Assembly: GCF_009914755.1 (NCBI RefSeq)
Contig: NC_060926.1
Strand: one strand, 5' to 3'
DNA length: 64,000 bases
DNA from: the human T2T-CHM13v2.0 reference genome, Homo sapiens
This document shows, piece after piece, positions 63,260 through 64,000 of this stretch. Below the pieces are notes generated by a model. It made no database searches and had not been told where the DNA came from. It saw nothing but the letters and a program-made list of their open reading frames with translations. The position numbers and the translations under genes are program-made. Position 1 is the stretch's first letter, and each line of letters begins with the position of its first letter.

Positions 63260-64000
63260 TACCTTTGCATTGGTTATCTTGTATACTAGGCTGTCTTGTT
63301 TTGCTGTCTGTTTTTAACCCATTCAATATATGTGGACATCCAAAAGGGTTTAAAAGCCACCTCCTGCCCTGGCCCGTTTTCTCTCCCTTCATTCTTCTGT
63401 TTTCAGAAATACATGTTGAATGTCAGCTTCTGTATTATTTCTATTATATGTAATCTGATGACTTAGAGGAGGAGATTAACCTTTCAGGCTCTTTTGAATT
63501 TGGTTTTTATAATTTGGTTTTAAAGATCACTTACTCTTCCAGTAATAAGTAGTAATAAATCCTGTTCATATCTGAGATCAATACACAGTTTATTGAATTC
63601 AAATGACTACTCAAACTCTATTCCACCTAGATGGAAAACTTTTTTAGACAATATCTGACCACTAACGCGGTGGGCCCAGAAATCTGCATCTTAATCAGAT
63701 GCTTCAGGTGAGTCCGTCCGAGGATTGTCCTAGTACCACACTTTGAGAGACTGCAGTGGGGGTACAGAGTGCTGGAGGGGTTTAGTCAATAGCTCTAGTG
63801 AAGGATGGATAGTTTTATTCAAAGAATCCCAGTTGATGAATGAAGAAGAAATGCTAGAATTAGAAAAATTGCAAACCCCTATTAAAACTACCGCTCAGGC
63901 AATGCTCAACAATGGATGTAAAACAATTAGGTGAAATGTTGATGGAGAAATTCATTACAAAGGAATAGCCCTCTGAACCCACTGATCAATGTTAGCATCA

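Noticed and set aside
63660-64000. Start of the downstream gene (AOX1 by recalled synteny)
   Set aside because: No exon or CpG island is visible inside the window. 63670-63755 looks like a MER5-type DNA transposon remnant.

Overview
This is human (primate) genomic DNA containing the complete SGO2 (SGOL2, shugoshin 2) gene on the + strand. It has a CpG-island promoter near 5.5-6.0 kb, a non-coding exon 1 and eight coding exons with GT-AG introns. These join into a 3798-nt ORF (1265 aa + stop) from ATG 12459 to TGA 62942, followed by poly(A) signals near 63.25 kb. The rest is mostly transposable elements: Alu, L1, L2, MIR, MaLR/ERV1 LTRs and MER20. The 27-kb intron 5 holds an old near-full-length sense L1, a MER41-family ERV and a full-length antisense L1PA. 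I see no evidence of a wholly new gene system. The most interesting signals are: (1) the MER41 ERV has the structure of an L1-processed RNA copy (R-U5 ... U3-R-polyA) and keeps two perfect GAS motifs plus a CArG box; (2) a 26-28 nt exact copy of a local LTR segment is inserted into a MIR 2.4 kb away; (3) four ~98-aa tandem repeats in giant exon 7 multiply the Aurora-B/MCAK site motif; (4) two RNA-processing routes give the same C-terminally clipped SGO-motif isoform; (5) an L1 antisense promoter with intact splice donors points into exon 6. Repeat subfamily names and protein residue functions are from recall, not from database searches.
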